From Cladosporium halotolerans (Eukaryota), in NCBI RefSeq assembly GCF_011745625.1, contig NW_027191471.1:310001-374000 (forward strand): a DNA stretch of 64,000 nt, written 5' to 3'. The first letter of the stretch is position 1. Every line of letters starts with the position of its first letter. Under the pieces are notes generated by a model. It was not told the origin of the DNA, searched no databases, and was given only the letters and a program-made list of their open reading frames with translations. Shown here piece by piece: positions 60,231 through 64,000 of the stretch. Position numbers and translations under genes: made by a program.

Positions 60231-62831
60231 TCTTTGACCATTTCTTATCAGACTCACGATAGATGCCGGGATCCATGTTCGGGCTGTGGAGGCTTGAAAG
60301 AACCAGCAATTCTTGACTAGCATCAAACAACCAGCTAATATGTCGCCCTCATATCATGGACCCTATCCTCAATGTTGTCGATATAAGCGCAGGCTCCCCT
60401 ACTTGCCTCGAAACTCGGCCATTTGACCACATACCTCCGCCAGAACACATGACCGCTTGGTGCCCTCATCCCTCTTATTGCAGAGCACCTCACCAGCTTC
60501 TACTGTAAGAAAGTTTCGGCGAAACCGCCCTATCTTGCAACCACATGCTTCTGGCCCATGACTTAAATCGCAGTGTTTCTCCACATCCCAACCGATCCTC
60601 CCGGAAGCTACGCCAGGGCCTTCTATCAAAGCCAGTCGAGCCAGAGGTCAGCAAAATTCGGGTACTTGTGACTTTTCTCCACCTCCACACGGGATGCGAG
60701 GCTGCAGTGCACGCGTGACTATGCGTGCTGAACGTGCGTGGGTGCGTGTCGCTGGCCAAAGGTTCGGCGCTACGGGGGCTTCTTGTGGACCAATGTTTCA
60801 ACGGACGACCTGAAGATGCTGGTCGCGATTGACGGAGCTTGTACCACTGTCAACGGTTGGGATGAGTAGGTGTGGCGTGTGTCATCCAAGAAGTTTGGCA
60901 AAAGTCATTTGGGAGGTTCTGGACACCTCGCCGGCCCCGCCGAATCACACGAAAATCACGACCACTGCAATGCACGAACGCGGCCAGGGCGCTGGGATCC
61001 TGCCTGGACAACCAGTGGTTTCCCGGTGGGAAGGAGACGCTGCTGCTTCATCAAGTTCCAGTAATGGCCACACCAACTGCAGCCGGCAACCCGGACACGA
61101 CCCAAGCCATCTCCGTAAGGGGCCTGCAAAATGTTTGGACGTTCGCGGTGTCGCTGGAACGAGCGCGAGTCTTGAGACAGGGTGTGGTGGCACAGAGCCT
61201 GATGCGATAGGGCTAGCGCACATTCCAGCGCTCACGCCGAGTGAGTGCGCCCACGGCAGCTCGCCGACAGGCCCCATCACCCGTCACCATCCTCGGTGGC
61301 TCTTATAAGGTTTGCGGCACTGCCGCTCAGCCATCGAGTCGGCGTTGCAGAGGGTGATGCGTATGTGCAGCTCCCCTGCTGAAGATGCAGGTCGTGCCGA
61401 CCTTGGACGTCAAGCCCTCCCAGCTGAGCACACCATGAGGGCCTGGGTGTAGCTACGCGTTCGATCGTTCGAAGAGTACACACAATCTGAGGCATACGAT
61501 TGGCTGCAAGCCTCCGTGGGCCAGATGGCTGGTAGCCAAACAGCAACGCGATCCTGGCGCCCCAATCGTGGCTCCGACGCAGGTATCCGGCCGGGTGGCA
61601 ACAGATCATGCTGCGTTCGCAGATGGTGCACGCAGGTACAGGCCAACTGTCCCTCATTCCATGGGCTACAATAGCGATGAACTCGCGAGCAAGATGCTAA
61701 AATTGACTTGGCTTGAGGAAAGGCTTCGGCCGGTTCCCCTGGATTGACGCGAACGGGGTGTGGGAGGAATGCGGCTACGGAGCCTTCCTTTGTGCAACAA
61801 ATACAAGCATGCGGACCGCCATCTTTGAGTTCAAGCGCCGGATAAACGTTGAGTACACGTTCGCGCACGATCCATACCTTCACAATAGGCTTCTGGGGTC
61901 CATATGATTGCTGCACGTCAACCATGCAGCGCTGCGAACCACGTCCAGCGTGACCGTCAAGACCTCTGCTGCCTCACCGGACGCGGCCAGACATCAGACA
62001 GCGTCACGCTGTCTTTGGGCTAGATCCGTCCCACACAGGAGGGTGTGGCGCGGCTGGCCGTGCATCCTGGCTGCACGAGCGAGAGAGGGCATTCGGGGAA
62101 GTATGAATCTCTGGAGTAGCGCCAACGCTCGCGCAAGGATGACTTACTGAAGTGAGAGCGCTGAGAGCACCTATATCTCTTCGCCGACCACTGCAATCGG
62201 TATCCTGCGAAGCGCTGTGCGAGTGGTGCCTTTCCGAAAGCGGCCATCTGAGACTCACAGCGGGCCTGGGCTCAAGACATCCACGGATGCGGCGAGAGTC
62301 GTCCGTCTTCAGCATCAAGTTCGCTCTCGTCCAGATCGCTATGCTGGTCAGCGATGATATCTTTTGCTACAAGTACTTTTCCTCTTACCTGACACAAAGG
62401 ATCTTGTGTGAACTCTCTTTCGCTTCCTTTCCTGTCTCTTGCCTCCCTGCCAGCCTCTTTCGCCATCGCGAGACAAAGCCTCGTACAGACAACGACAGCA
62501 GCAAAGAAGCTCCCGCCGAACGGATCGCCAAAGCCCACTCCTTGTGTGCTGTCGTGTGATTGCAGCAAAGGTGAGTGGCCCATTCTTTGCAACAAGTAGA
62601 CAAAGTACCTCGCAGCGGCAACGTGCACCACGCATGCCGGTAGCCCCTGATGCCGCATGAAGTTGCGCATACATGCGCGCGAGACAAACTGCTTCCTGAA
62701 ATGTTAGCAATGAGTTCATACACTTACGAGACATGCATCAGGACGTCAACGAAGCTTTTGTGCTCCATCGACTCTTTTGAATCGGTGGAAATCCATCAAG
62801 CAGCCTCAGCACCAGCAGATATCACCTCAAG

Positions 62832-64000
62832 ATGGCCATGGCTTCAACGGAGATCGTGACCCAGGGCCGCGGATCAGGCGACGATTACGGGCTCGGTGCC
62901 ATCGTGGAGCACAACGCAGCCAGTACCGAGCAGTTTCCGCAACATACGGAAGACTCTTCCAAAGGCCTGGGAATTTATGTGAGTGCGCTGCTATTCTCAA
63001 CTCTGACCCTTGCTTACCGTTCCTTAGCATGATGGATATGCTCCAGCTTACCAGGATGGACAATACTTCGTCCAAAGCCCACCGACCCCCAGCCCGAGTG
63101 ATGGCATCCGCACCAGGAGCGGCCGGACCACGAGAAGAACTGACTCGCCCTTCAGCACCAGCAAGTCTCGCATGTCCATGTCGCCGATCGGCAAGTCCAA
63201 GAAGTCCAAGAAGACCAAGCTCGACAAGTCAAAGACGCCACATTTGACAGCACCGCTTTCCGTTCTGACCAAGGATATGGATGTCCCGCTCAAGGACATG
63301 GACGAATGGGTCCACCGTCCCGCGGAAGTTCGACGTCAAGAGGTGGAGAAGCGCAACGGATATGTCACTCGTCCGATGAACTCTTTCATGCTTTATCGCT
63401 CAGCATACGCCGAACGCACGAAGCAGTGGTGCCTCCAGAACAATCACCAGGTCGTCTCTTCCGTTTCTGGTGAGAGCTGGCCCATGGAGCCACCAGAAGT
63501 CCGAGACCAGTTCAACGAGTGGGCCAGGATCGAGCGCGCCAACCATGCTGCCGCGCATCCAGACTACAAGTTCTCGCCCAGTAAGACCTCCAGCAAGCGC
63601 CGCAAGGACGAAGACTCCGATGAGGACGAGCCCGATGGCCTAGACGACCCGGACGGAGAGTATCGCGGTGGCCGCAGCGTTCGACAGCGAAGGCAAATCA
63701 TCAAAGACGACCCTTCTCTTCTTCCGAGCAGCCACGGCTTCGAATCGACCCCGTACTTCGGTCAACAAGGCCTAAGCTACGAGCACGCCCAGTACCAGTA
63801 TGTCACTACTGGCCGTCCGCTGCCCTCCAACGTAGCTTACGACCACAATGGATTGCAATACAATCCTCAGACCGGCGCATATATCCAGTCCACCGTCCCA
63901 GCGCAGCCTCAGTACCAGTACGCCGTGCAAGAGCCCCTGCCACCGCGCGCCCCCACGCCGCAGTCGCTCGGCACGTACGGTTTACCCAGCGGCCAGACTC
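62832..64000 (+). CDS. Sequence-specific HMG-box (MATA_HMG/SOX-like) transcription factor, truncated by window end
   Basis: Intron 62979-63054. Exon 2 encodes YVTRPMNSFMLYRSAY..NNHQVVSSVSGESW..HPDYKFSP and stays open to 64000. Confidence 0.88.

Noticed and set aside
61400..61930. Protein-like fragment (FPWIDANGVWEECGYGAFL…) upstream of the HMG gene
   Set aside because: Stops in the flanking frames and no recognisable family; could be a relic but cannot be supported without a search.
62832..64000. HMG-box gene as mating-type MAT1-2-1
   Set aside because: No introns within the HMG box, no APN2/SLA2 neighbours in the window, and flanking motifs fit a non-MAT HMG factor.

Overview
Gene-dense, intron-containing genomic DNA from a filamentous ascomycete. 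The splice signals (GT..CTRAC..YAG) and gene content suggest Pezizomycotina, possibly a Dothideomycete; this is an inference. I reconstructed 23 protein-coding genes and one pseudogene. They include a probable sugar/polyol catabolic cluster at the left end (SDR, dihydroxyacetone-kinase family, Zn2Cys6 regulator, MFS, SDR), Uap2/Cus2, Iec1, Sfh1, an AA11 LPMO, an AA12 dehydrogenase, Rtt107/Brc1, Gir2, Acl4 and an HMG-box factor. The most notable feature is invisible in the ORF track: a minus-strand non-coding host transcript (about 53.08-54.61 kb) carrying six intronic box C/D snoRNAs (U45-like, snR41, snR70, snR51, an unassigned 25S guide, U55-like). Two of its junctions look like zero-length exons (AG|GT). 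The snR51 copy is itself split by a nested 53-nt spliceosomal intron. The splice route appears to choose between two D boxes and hence two rRNA targets (18S Am100 or 25S Um2724). Other observations: a degenerate 107-bp tandem array, two signal-peptide-less 8-Cys paralogs, Sfh1 extended by a bZIP-like basic region, and a ~1990-aa protein built from acidic-W/F plus Lys-rich motifs. All rRNA sequences and numbering are recalled S. cerevisiae/human sequences and must be checked against this organism's rRNA.
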